A DNA stretch of 63,159 nucleotides, the filler included, from Vannella sp. (lineage: Eukaryota): NCBI GenBank assembly GCA_023345925.1. It is 6 parts of 6 records of this genome, joined end to end, with 100 filler letters (N's around TTAATTAATTAA, not from the genome) between each part and the next. Parts side by side here need not be neighbours in the genome. Positions count along the whole stretch, not along the records: positions 22,363 to 33,574 come from JAJQQN010000467.1; positions 33,675 to 43,052 come from JAJQQN010000978.1; 4 more parts are not named here. The stretch is one strand, 5' to 3'. Shown here piece after piece: positions 23,261 through 34,223 of the stretch. The notes beneath the pieces are model-generated. The model saw nothing but the letters and a program-made list of their open reading frames with translations. It searched no databases and was not told the origin of the DNA. The position numbers were made by a program, and so were the translations under genes. How positions within the stretch are numbered: the stretch's first letter is position 1; every line of letters begins with the position of its first letter.

Positions 23261-26200
23261 CTAATTGAGCGCGCCACGGCACTTGGTGGTGCCGCACATG
23301 CACGGAATCTTCTCCTCTTCAAGGGGGAACTTGTAGTCGTACGTTATCTCCTCATTCACTCGGATATCCCGTCTGGAGTAGATGACAATCTTCTTCTGGC
23401 CCTCCACAGTAATGATCTTGGCATAGCAGTTGGGCTAAACCGGGCAAATGAGTACAAAGAGCAAGTAAATAGGAAGATAACTCACATCACAAGAGTGATT
23501 GATGAAGCGGGCCATATTTCCTGTCTTTGTGGCGTCAATAATGGTGTCGTCGTCAATCCGGAACAGATAACTGCTTCCAATTCCCATTTGCTCGTAGATC
23601 TTCTCTCGGTGATCGGCTACCATCTGTCGCACTATCTCGCCAATGTACTCGATAACCATATCGTTGGACTCAATCGGCTCCTCTGCAAAGAGGCCCCAAT
23701 CGTGAATGTGGGACTTTTCAAAGCGGAGCTTCTTCTTTCGGCATTTCAATTGGTTGAACTTATTCAAGTCGCTGTCGCTGGTGTCTGCTGACTTGAGCCG
23801 ACGGTAATGTAATCGAGTGTTCCTGGCAGTGTGTTGCCCGTTAAGAGGCGCTGTGGTGAGTTGGGCTGCCGCTTGGTCTTTGGTTTTTGATTGGTAAATG
23901 GCCTTCAAGTAGTTGAACTTCTCCTTGCTTGAAATCATTCGATAACCTTCTGTTCGAGCACATCCAGTTGCGTTTTCAAATAAGGAGTTTTCAGCTTTCT
24001 CCACCATTTCTTCTGGAGCGTCTACAAGGGGGTTCTGTGGTTAGTAAAAAGGATATGCGGAGGTTAAGAGAGTCATACAGTTTTGATTTACCAATTGAGA
24101 GGCATATAAGAGCTCTTCAGGACTCAAGTCGAGCCCATAATCAAGTCCTTCCTGCAAACTTGCAGTCTTGAGAATATGGGAGAGACTTTGAGCCTCTTCT
24201 GATGAGATTTGGCTGAATTCAGCGAGAATTGAATCGGGCTCCTTCATAACAACATCCACAGGGTCGGGAAGGAATGGTGTCGGAGATAAAAGAGGAGAAT
24301 CTCGGTGAGGTAGCGGACTGGAACCTTCAGGGAGCTTCTTTTCGAGTTTCTTTCTCGGTTGGGCTGGCTTGCGCTTCTTTTTTGGTGGTAAGACACTCTT
24401 TGGCTTGTTTTCTGGAGTTTCTATTTCTGTGACTGAAGGAATCGGCTCAAACTTCATCAAAAGAGGAGAGTCTTCACTATCCTCATCAGAACTAGAAGGA
24501 GAGCGCGTTAAGATAGCTTTGGAGTGGCCCAAGGTCTTCCTTGAGGAAGAGAAATCGGAATCCGAGTCACTACTTGATTCTTTCTGCAAACGGCGGACGA
24601 CAGGCTTAGGAGCTGGTCGCTTGATAGTAGGTTTGTTTGGTGGCATAATCGCTTGCTTCCGGGGCTTTCTCGGCTTCACCTGGAACAGGCCTTCTTCACT
24701 GGAGTTGGATTCAGATTTGGGAAGTGCAACAGTAACTTCGGGAATCCGTTGGGCTGCTTGTTCCTGTGCCGGTCGATTATCGCGAGGGTGCAGAGGGAGA
24801 GGCTCTATTGCAGAAGGCTCGCGAGGCGGTAAACTACGAGCAGCAAGTGCCCGAGATCGGGCTCGCAAGTCTTCCTGTGCAGTCTCGAAGTCTTTGACCA
24901 CACGTGCAACAGCAGGTCTTACAATTGCACGATTAACATCCTCTCTGGCTTTACTCCTCAATTCAGAGATGAGAATCTGAAGTACCTCCCTTGTGATATC
25001 TGCCATATTCACTGGCTCCGGTAGTTTAGCGGCTCTGACAGGTTGATAGGAGTCCCACCCATCAATATTGAGTGCATTTGAGTCATAGCAAAGAAGGAAA
25101 TCACGTGAATAAGGAGCGGATGAGTGAATCACCGGCCTTTCAGAGGAAATCAGAACCGTCCTGTTCCTTCGTTCAGTGACTGGAGTTGCCAGTCTGGAAA
25201 GGCGAACTGCTCTAGGCATTGCTGAGGAAGCTATCCTCATTTGCTTGTAATCAGGCCGCTTCACAAGCTCAGCTTGAGCAACTAAGTGGTCATTCACTGT
25301 TGCGTTGACCAACAATGGGCGGCCCTTCACCTTCACCTGACTCCATTTGGCGATGAAAGAAGCAACTAAACCTGTTTGAGAACCCCTGTTGGACTCTAGA
25401 GAAGGCTGGAATTGGACAATGGCATTGGCATGGTCATACAAAGTCCGATGGATTGAGACAAGTTGGATAGGCTGACTAGAAGCTAGCATACCCAGAAGGT
25501 CCTGTACCGTCAAGAAGTCCGGCAAATTGGTCAAATACACTATGTCACTTGGACTCTGTGAGGTGGAATGCTCATCTGGGGGATAGGAGGGGATGCTCAG
25601 GTCAGTTTGGATGCAACGAGACGAAAGCTTGTCTTTGTAGGAGCTGTCTGTAAGACGGGGGTCTTGGTTCGCCGTGCGGTCGCACTCAATATCTTGGGAG
25701 GGCCCCACGCTGAACCCATCTACTCGTAGATTGCACGCGCATGTGCCCTTCTGTTCGGTAGGGAGACGTGTCCAATCCGTGCCTGAGCAGCGAGTGAGGA
25801 AAGTACGTTTGACTACCTTCTCGGCCTTCTTGTGGGCGGGGACCATGCAAGTAATCGATCGTGGGGCTTCAGAAGCCACCATGACCGGTCCAGTTGTAGT
25901 AGTAGTTATACTTGGTCTCTTCTCCTCTAAGATTGGCGCGCTAGCTGGTGAAGGGACCTCTGGGGCGCTCTCTGACATGTCATCTCGCGACATTCTCGAC
26001 TCTCCGTCAGGAGAAGGCGCTGTAACTGATGCTGTAGAAGGAGAATGGGGGTATTCACTCCCATGTTGTGTTCTTGGAGAGGAGGAGGGCCACGCAGGGT
26101 CGGGGGAACGAAAGGAGGGAGAATGAAACGGTTGGGAGCGAACCTCTCGCGTTGTGTCTCCTCCTCGGCGGTTGGATTTATCACGGTATCTTTGGTGTGT

Positions 26201-26509
26201 GTATCTTGCTTGAGATGGGGCAGAAGGAGGCCCTGGGTAGCGGTGCGGGCCACCAACGTGTTGTAAGTGAGCATCTGGAGGTCGATAGGAGGGTTGAGTG
26301 GGAGGAGGAGAGCGCGAACGATAGCGGCCTCTCTGTCTACTATCATTGTGATGTTGCTGCGCCTCTGGAGAAGGAGATCGCCTCAGGTTGGGGTGAGGAG
26401 GAGGTTGGTGATGGTTTCTCCTCGGTGAGCGAGATCGTGGGCGCCAGCCCCGGTCCATCTCTCGGCGATAGTGACCCTCACGCATAGGTGCATAACCAGA
26501 GCCTCTCAT
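23261..26509 (-). CDS. SET1: SET1-family histone H3K4 methyltransferase (RRM-like, N-SET, SET, post-SET)
   Basis: [56 protein letters not shown], post-[16 protein letters not shown]. Confidence 0.93.
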
Positions 26510-26590
26510 GGAAGCTGCCACCAGCACAGGGAGCGAACAAAAAGATTTTCCCGCCCTTCTTCTTAGAGGCTTCGTCTGAAACCTTCCATT

Positions 26591-27714
26591 TTATTCGCTT
26601 TTGGAGCGCTCGAACCATTGCAGAAGGCAGAGTGACTCTGCTGTTGCAGGGGCCTACGGATAGTCAGAGAAAGCAGGAGAGAGTGAAGAACGCACCACGT
26701 TTTGGGCAAACGAGATCCATGGGTGGCATTTAGCGAAGAGCAGCCACACGGACTGAGTCATTTGAGGTTCTAGAGTCAGGAGAGCCTGGCGCTGTGTGTG
26801 GAGAGTGAGGAGACCCGAAAAGTTTGGAGGCTGGAGAAGAATTGAGCCTAGTTCTTGGAGCGAGGAGGGGAGATACTCAGGAAGTTGTTAGAACGTGCAT
26901 TGATAAACTAAATATCGTACATGAGAAGCCGGTTGGGTAGAACAGCTAATAATCTGATGATGGAGCTTCGACACACAAACCATCAAGGACTCTGCCCCAG
27001 TCCTCAACAAGAGCTCATCAAAGATCGAAAAAGCTTCCCAAAAAAGTGCAAGATTGAGGGACAGAGCGAGACAATACTGCACTACTCCCTTCTCCACCGC
27101 AGAGTCCCGGAATGTCAATTCTGAAAGTAAAGAAATGGACTACAGCGCATCAGCAAGACTCTCAGAAGGTCCCAAGCACCTACATAATCTCGAAACGTCT
27201 GCGGGGATGAAAAAAAGAGCAGAGCCAAAGACTCTGCGTTCAGAACGGAAGGAAAAGTGGCCAAACCCTTCAAGTCTACCAGAAGCGGAGAATCCGGATT
27301 GGCAACAATCAATGTCTCAAAGAAAGAGACAACGAAAGGTTGAATGATTTCCGCTTCAGAAAGGAGGAGGAGTCCATTCAGAGAGTCTCTTGAAAGAGAA
27401 TCGGTGATCCTGGATTGGATGAAGCGGCAGAATTGTTGTTCAGAAGCCAATCGAGTGATCCCAATATCAGCCAAAAGACTCTCATCTGCTTCTAAGGAGC
27501 GGTCTGTCCCAAACAGTTTGGAAAGGGCAGACGAACACCATTGGAACCCTTTCATCCCGGGTTTACTCGCTATCACAGCCAACAGAGGAGGTATCAAGGA
27601 ACTTGACATTCCAAGAGCGAGCGACTCCGTCCCATGAAAGACTTCCGAAAGAGCAGCAAGCAAAGGTTGTCCAGACTCATCAAAAAAGATCCTCTCGCGC
27701 CGAAGGGGAACCAT
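26591..27714 (-). CDS. Hypothetical alpha-helical protein, spliced
   Basis: Consecutive Leu-rich ORFs can be joined by GT-AG introns, ending ...LLQWFERSKSE*. No motif recognised; start uncertain. Confidence 0.55.
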
Positions 27715-27810
27715 AATGACAACACCCAAAGAATAGAAACGACAAACATTGCTTGATCATTATTGTATCTTAATTTTTGAAATTTTTTCGACATTTGAGC
27801 TTCGCGAACG

Positions 27811-27882
27811 GGCCTTATAGCTTAGTGGTAAAGCGCCTGCCTCGTAAGCAGGAGATCTCGGGTTCAATCCCCGATGGGGCCT
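27811..27882 (+). tRNA. tRNA-Thr(CGU)
   Basis: Acceptor stem GGCCTTA/TGGGGCC, D arm AGCTTAGTGGTAAAGCG, anticodon arm CCTGC-CT-CGT-AA-GCAGG, T loop GGTTCAATCC, followed by a TTTTT Pol III terminator. Confidence 0.95.
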
Positions 27883-27887
27883 TCTTT

Positions 27888-29311
27888 TTACTCCCTCGGC
27901 CTCTTTCCCAAGATAGAGGACTCTTTTTTGAGCAAAATGTGCCACTCAGGCTCATCTCCTGGTGTGTAACCGTAATCCACGAGGATCTAACCCGTGTGAG
28001 TTGATTACGAGAGAGAGAGAGTTCGATTACCTCTTCATCCTTCTCGAGAGCTCTTAATGTTCGAATGCACTTGATTTTCCCAAAGCGAGGATGGTCAAAG
28101 TATCTGGGCGGGGATGAGAAAGTGCGCGCGACATTGCTTCTTACGTGTCATATTTGCTATTTGGGGAGAGAGAGTGATTGGCTTTGTGACCGAGAGTGGC
28201 ACAGTAAATGCTGACGTCATTCCATTCCATCGAAACATCAATAACGCACTCTTCGTCGATAGAGATGGTGTTATTGTTCAAACTCCAGTCACGACCATCC
28301 ACCTCCTCATGACTCAAGCGAGTGCCATTATAAAAGCAACAAATGGTCTTCCCTCATAATCAGGCAAAATCAATCGTGGTCAGGAAGGCCTCACCTCTGC
28401 TGGGAGGCTGCGTTTGGCAAAGAGACCTTGTCCGGCATGTTTCCCGATTTTGGATTCAGAGACATACACCCGTGAGTCCTCATATGGATCTCTCAGCAAT
28501 GGGGTGGAGCTGATAAGCTCTTTTGAAGAGACATCGAGTTGATAGATTTGGTCGGAAAGTCTCTCGCTTTCGGTTGTGTGGAACACTGCCGATGCCATTT
28601 TCCCATCCTTCTGACATGAGTGGGTTGGTCTTAATGGTTCATGGCTATTCGTACCACCCATGTACCACGGAGGGACGACTTGTCTGGATAGAAATAACGA
28701 GATGGCTGCTCCGAAAGGGCGCCTTCCTCCCAAATGCCTTCTAGATAGGAGCCTTCGGGGTAATACATAGTACCACATCCTTCGCGCACACCGTTGGCGT
28801 ATGCTCCTGAAAATGCCAGAAGACCATCCGCATCGTACTCGCTTGCGAAACCTGCGATCTCGCCCTCGTGCCACTCGTCTGACACCAGCTTGCCTCCATC
28901 TGAGAACAGGAAGCTCCCTTTCCCTTCTAGTGCTGCACTGTGTCAAATGAGGGTCTTATCCAGAGATGCAGCTCAAACCATCGTTGGACCAGTTGCCTTC
29001 CATCTTTGATCCATCTCGGAAGCTCATGCAGCCCAATCCTTCTCTACAAACAGAGTCTGATAAGTGTTTCTCTCAAGAAGTCCTTTGAATTGACGGTCTT
29101 ACTTGACTCCAGCTTGAAAGTTGCCAACAAACCGAACGCCCGATCGGGGCATCCACAAACAACCTTCTCCTTGATACTGGCCGGTCTCATTCCGTTCTCC
29201 CTCGTACTCCCCTTCTTCCTCCTCTCCTTCTTCCTCTTCTCCTTCCTCCTCTGCCTCCTCCTCTCTCTCTTCCTCCTCTTCCCTCCCGGCACTCCCCGAA
29301 CCCAAGGACAT
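27888..29311 (-). CDS. SETD7: SETD7 (SET7/9)-like lysine methyltransferase: MORN repeats + SET
   Basis: MORN repeats (YEGERNETGQYQGEG, GAYANGVREGCGTMYYPEGSYLEG); DPYEDSRVYVSES..AGQGLFAK; YCATLGHKANHS..PN; FDHPRFGKIKCIRT; VDYGY. Confidence 0.85.
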
Positions 29312-29391
29312 GACAAAATGGCGGGAAAAGGAGGATCACGAGCTAATCAATGAATTGAGTAGCTTGAGGACAGAGAGCAAAGAGGTGGGGC

Positions 29392-30592
29392 TTAGAGGGA
29401 GTCGTCGTCGTCATTGACCTTCTCTTTGGGCAGAAGAGTGGCTGGGTCTTCCGGCTGTTTGCGGCGGACAAAGTTGTGGAACCAGTTGTGTCCACTACTT
29501 GAGATGTTGTCCTGAAGGAGATGTTAGAACTGTGAAGGGAAGGGAAGGTAGATCGCGTACCTCCTGGAGCATCAACTTGACACCTTCTTTTGTGACGTGA
29601 TTGGCAGCGCCAGAGAGACTGAGAGCTCTCTTTAGTCCCTCTAGATCAGTAACAGTAGTCTGCTCTTGTCCAAAGAAGTTCAACGTTGTGTACTCGATGC
29701 TACAGCCAGTGAGATCAAACTCTTCGATCTCTTCTTCTTCCTCGTCTTCTTCTTCCTCTTCTTCCTCCTGCTCCTCGTCACCTTCTTCCTTTGCCACTTC
29801 TTCCTCGATCTGTTCAGCCTCCTTCTGGATCTCGTTCTGCTCTGCTGCTGCTGAAGCAGCCGCTTGTTCACCGTCGGCCTTGGCTTTCTCCTCCATGTAC
29901 TGCTCAGATCGGAGCTTGGCATCTCTGTTCTTGATCAGCCTCATTCGAAGCACATACGGAGACACGAATACATGCACAGCTCCTGTTGTTCCTAGTCCAA
30001 ACGCGAGAACTGCCATTCGTTAGACTCTACTGAGATGCATTCATGGTCATTCTCACGTGCAGTTGAGTAGCACACACGTGCAATCACTGGGATGGATTCG
30101 TCTCCTAACATGCCAATGAAAGGACTGAGAGTCGTGGTGAGCGCACAGCTCCCAAGAGACATTTTCTTGACCTGTTGCTTGTCTTAGTGGCAGAAGGAAG
30201 AGGTTGATCCACCAACGTACCGCCTTAGCACCTGAGTTCAGAGTGGCTTCATAGAAGAGGTCACCAGAGGCGATCGAGTGAGGATTGATCTCTTGATAGT
30301 CTTTATCATCGTCCTCTTCTTCCTCCTCAACCTCTTCCTCTTCTTCCTCCTGTGGGTTCTCCTCGCCAATAGGCTGCTCCTTCTCCTTCTCTGAATCTTC
30401 TACTGGGGGAGTCTCCTGTGATGGAGGGGTGTCCTGGGAAGGAGTCTCCTGCGAAGGAGGAGTCACCTGATCTTTTTGCTCCGCAAAAAAGCACTTCGGC
30501 GTCACAACGAACTGTCTGTATCCTCCATAGCTCTCCTGTACAGCTCTAGTCCTCAACAAAGCTGTCCTCCCACGCACGACAGAGCGGAACAT
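29392..30592 (-). CDS. TMEM70-like mitochondrial inner-membrane protein
   Basis: Arg-rich presequence MFRSVVRGRTALLR; VKKMSLGSC; two TM segments; FGLGTTGAVHVFVSPYVLRM; TTLNFFG. Contains acidic low-complexity inserts. Confidence 0.65.
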
Positions 30593-30714
30593 GACAAAGT
30601 GTGTCCACCAGACCGAAGAACTTCTTTTCCTGGAATTATCCAAATTTTGGCTTTTTGCCGCTTTCATTTTTATCATCTTTGATAGAGAAAGAGTAATCTC
30701 ATTTGGTTGGGGCG

Positions 30715-33364
30715 ATGGAGGAGGTGACGCCTCTTCCAAGAGAGTTTCGGGTTGATCTTCGGTCGTATGCCAGCGATGCGATGGCTGGAAGGTAAGTGGT
30801 TGATGTTTGAGGAAGTGATGTTGATAGGGAAGTTAGATTTGCGAAACTGGTGACTCTCTTGCCTCCTCATAGCTCGCTGGAGGAGCATAACCTGTCGAAG
30901 TTGGTGGGAGCCATCATTATGAAGAACGAAGAGCTGTTTGGATACCATGTATGTAGCAAAGAAACCTGTTGGTAGGTTAAGTGTCCGCTTCTAATGAGGA
31001 GTGCAGTCTCCAAAGCCACGAGCATTAACCAAGATTCCGATGCGCTTGTTCCACTTTTACGTGCCTCAGGGGTCCTTGCATGTGATGTTAGAGTCCTACT
31101 TTCGTGCAGCTGGCTGCTATCAGTTTATACCGTTCACTCAGGAGAGCATTACGAACCTCTTTATCGATCTTCGCATGACTTTGATGGTGCGATTGAAGAA
31201 GGGAAACAGAATCGCGCCGTTTTAACACGTTAGATAGGGTCAAAACCTACTAGTTATGCCAAAAGTATACCTCAGTAACGATCTGGGAGCTCGTAAGAAC
31301 GAGTATGAGATGATCTTACAGCTCCACGGCGCAATCCTCGTTCAAAGTCCAGCAGAAGCGACCCATATTGTGGTTGAAGATGTTCCAGAGAGTATTGGCA
31401 ATGATAGAGGGTCAGGATTCTTGAGAGTCAACCAAATTAGGGCAAAGTTTGCTCATATTCATTGGTGGTTCTATCCGGATAGCTACGATGCATGGATTGG
31501 CACCTCTGACGTTCACGGTCCTGAAGTAGTCCCCCAATCAACATTAGAAGGAGTACACACTGTGACAGCTCGCTGGGTTAGAGACTTAGACGCATTTAAC
31601 GAGTTCATGAACGAGAAGGACTATCAAATTGGAGCTCTCCAAGGTCCCAAACAGTATTTTTCCAATTCTGCTGCTCCAGCAGTTGGAGGAAAGCGTCCTG
31701 CTGACTCCACTTGGTCTTCAACTGAGGCAAAGAGGCCAGCCGTTCCTTTACAAGTAGAGCCTCGGTACCGTCCAATTCCAAACTATCGGTATGACCTTCA
31801 CTTTTGGTTTCTCCTCGTTAATCCGCCCTAGATTACCTGCCAATATGGGGCACGACTCAACCTTTTTGAATATCTCGCAGCAATACGGACAGTGTATTGC
31901 AAGAGGGAAGGCTCAAACAAGCAAAGCCACCATTCATGATGCGACAGCTACCAACTGGTTTCAAGAAAGCGATATTCACGAGAAGGAGAGGCGGCTCCTA
32001 CCAGAAATTTTCAAGCTGGGCAGTTCTCATTACTTATCAGACGAGCTTTATCGAGAGACACGCAATAGGATGTATCAGACCTCCCAACAGGATTCTGACA
32101 CTTACGTGAGCCTTGCCCAATGTTGTCAGTCAAGCAGCCTGCCAATCAGTACTTTGCAGATGTAAGCGGGATCAAAGCGAGCATCTCAACTCACCCGTAA
32201 TAGGATTCACTCGTCTCTTGAGCATTGGGGTCTAATTAACTACTCCACAAACCCAGATTTGTTTCCTTCACCAATGTCGGTTGATTGCATAGACATGGAT
32301 GCCTCAAGAATGGTTTTAGACTATGACAGGAGTAATAGCGAGACTCAGCGCACCCCGCTTCCCATTCACCCAAACGTGTTTCGCAAGCTCCACGCCCGTT
32401 GCCGGGAGTGTGAGAAATCTTGCGTACAAAGAAGATGGCAGAACATGGAGGAGCACTTTGACCTGTGCGAAGAGTGCTTTGCAAATGGCAAGTTCGACTT
32501 GATTTATAATTCGGCTGATTTTACCCTTTCTGAGGCTCTTGTACAGCAAGATGACGATTGGACTCCAGATGAAGTCCTTTCTCTGCTACACGCAATTATC
32601 TCGTTCCGAGATCCCCTGGATTGGAATAAGATTAGCCAAAGCTCTGGGCGCTCAAAAGAGCAATGCCTTCTCAAGTTCCTTCAGTTACCGATTCAAGAGA
32701 AGTTTCTGGAGAGAAAAGTGATGCTTTGGAATCTGCCTCCTCCCTCAAGTTACAAAGAGGATGACATCAGCTGCACTTCACCCATTCGAGTGAAGAGTGA
32801 GCCAAATTTCTCTCTCGACACTTTGATGAAGGAAGAAGTGGATCCTTTGGAAGAGCTTTTATTTGGTGACAAAGGAGAGCAAGAGGAACTTAAAAGTGAA
32901 CCTTCTACTTCCTGGAGTTCCTCTTTTCAGTTGGAATCCGTGAAGCAGGAGGAATGGCCTCTCTTCACAACAACAAATCCAACAATGGCATTGATCTCTT
33001 TCTTATCCGCTCAGTTTCCCCCTGCTGTTGCTGCTGCTAGTGCCAGTGCTGTCAAGACCATGGTCGACACAAATTACACTGACCAAAAAGCTCTGTACTT
33101 GGCTGCACTGACTGCAGCTATCGACAAAGCTCATTCCATTCAGTTGAGAGAGGAATCTCTGATGCATACCTCTGTCTTAGAGGCCGTCACTATCCTCTCA
33201 AAGAGGGTTACTTCGAAGCTTCATCTTCTTGAGCAACACACTAAACAAGTAGACGCAGAAAGAAGTCAGGTAAGCCACTCTCTCAGACGGCAGGATCCAA
33301 AACAAGAACTCATTATCATCTCATTATCATCTCATTATTATAGCTATCAGGTACCCCCAACTGA
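30715..33364 (+). CDS. SMARCC: SWI/SNF subunit SMARCC/SWI3 (MarR-BRCT-chromo, SWIRM, ZZ, SANT, coiled coil)
   Basis: HWWFYPDSYDAWI and WVRDLDAFNEFMNEKDY; SWIRM WFQESDIHEKERRLLPE...LEHWGLINY; ZZ CRECEKSC...DLCEECF; SANT WTPDEVLSLL...WNKIS...RSKEQCLLKFLQLPI; NPTMALISFL. Confidence 0.9.
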
Positions 33365-33574
33365 TCACATGTTCCTTGATTTGATCTAAAATCTGGTTAT
33401 TCGAATGTCACTTTCTCCTTTCCCGGACAATTCTTTCATTCTTGGATGCCCTTTGGGTGTCACACGCTCCTCCTCTCCCCCGAAGGGGGCCTTTTGGCTT
33501 TTGGAAACAATAGAGAAGGCCAACTCGGTCTCGGCTACATGAATAACATGACACAGGAAGCAAAGGTCCACTGG

Positions 33575-33674
33575 NNNNNNNNNNNNNNNNNNNNNNNNNN
33601 NNNNNNNNNNNNNNNNNNTTAATTAATTAANNNNNNNNNNNNNNNNNNNNNNNNNNNNNNNNNNNNNNNNNNNN
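33575..33674. other. Artificial contig linker
   Basis: 44 N + TTAATTAATTAA + 44 N. Confidence 0.98.
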
Positions 33675-34079
33675 TGCAGGTGACGGGATGTCGAGAATTC
33701 CTTCGAATTAGTGGAATTCTCTCGTCCTTTTTCATTTCTTCCATCGAAGGTTTGATAAACAATCCCCCAATAAGATAAGTCCATGTGGAAGTTTGGGCTA
33801 TTTATCCAAATGTTTAACGTAAACGATATGTGTAAGAGAGACTCACTTTCAATGAAGGAAATCCATTCTCCCTTGAGAAGGAACCTCATTTTTAACTTGC
33901 TCCTGGATGAAGTCCTCTTTATCCTACACGGGCGAGGCTGATTCTCCTCACCCCGGCTTTTCACCGTACAATGACCTTCTACGCTTCATCTTCCGGCTGT
34001 AGATGGTCTAAATGGCTTAATGAACAGTTTGTTCGAGTGGAGACGTCTAACTGCGCTGAGTAAGCCCGAAACTGCTCTT

Positions 34080-34127
34080 CGGTTTGAGGGGGTCAATTCT
34101 CTCATCGGTTTGAGGGGGTCAATTCTC
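34080..34127 (+). repeat. Direct repeat CGGTTTGAGGGGGTCAATTCTC x2
   Basis: Two identical 22-nt copies with a 26-nt period. Confidence 0.85.
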
Positions 34128-34223
34128 GCCGACCTTATTCCCCTCATTGGAGTCCTTTGAAGCACCCAAAAGTCAAAAGTGGCGGATTTTGGGTCATTCT
34201 TCTCTCTCTCCCTGTTTGCCCTG

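Noticed and set aside
29205..29800. CTC/CTT-rich simple repeats
   Set aside because: They encode poly-Glu tracts inside the SETD7-like and TMEM70-like proteins.
33675..33964. Short minus-strand ORF at the contig start as a gene or transposase
   Set aside because: No recognisable motif and truncated by the linker; cannot be supported.
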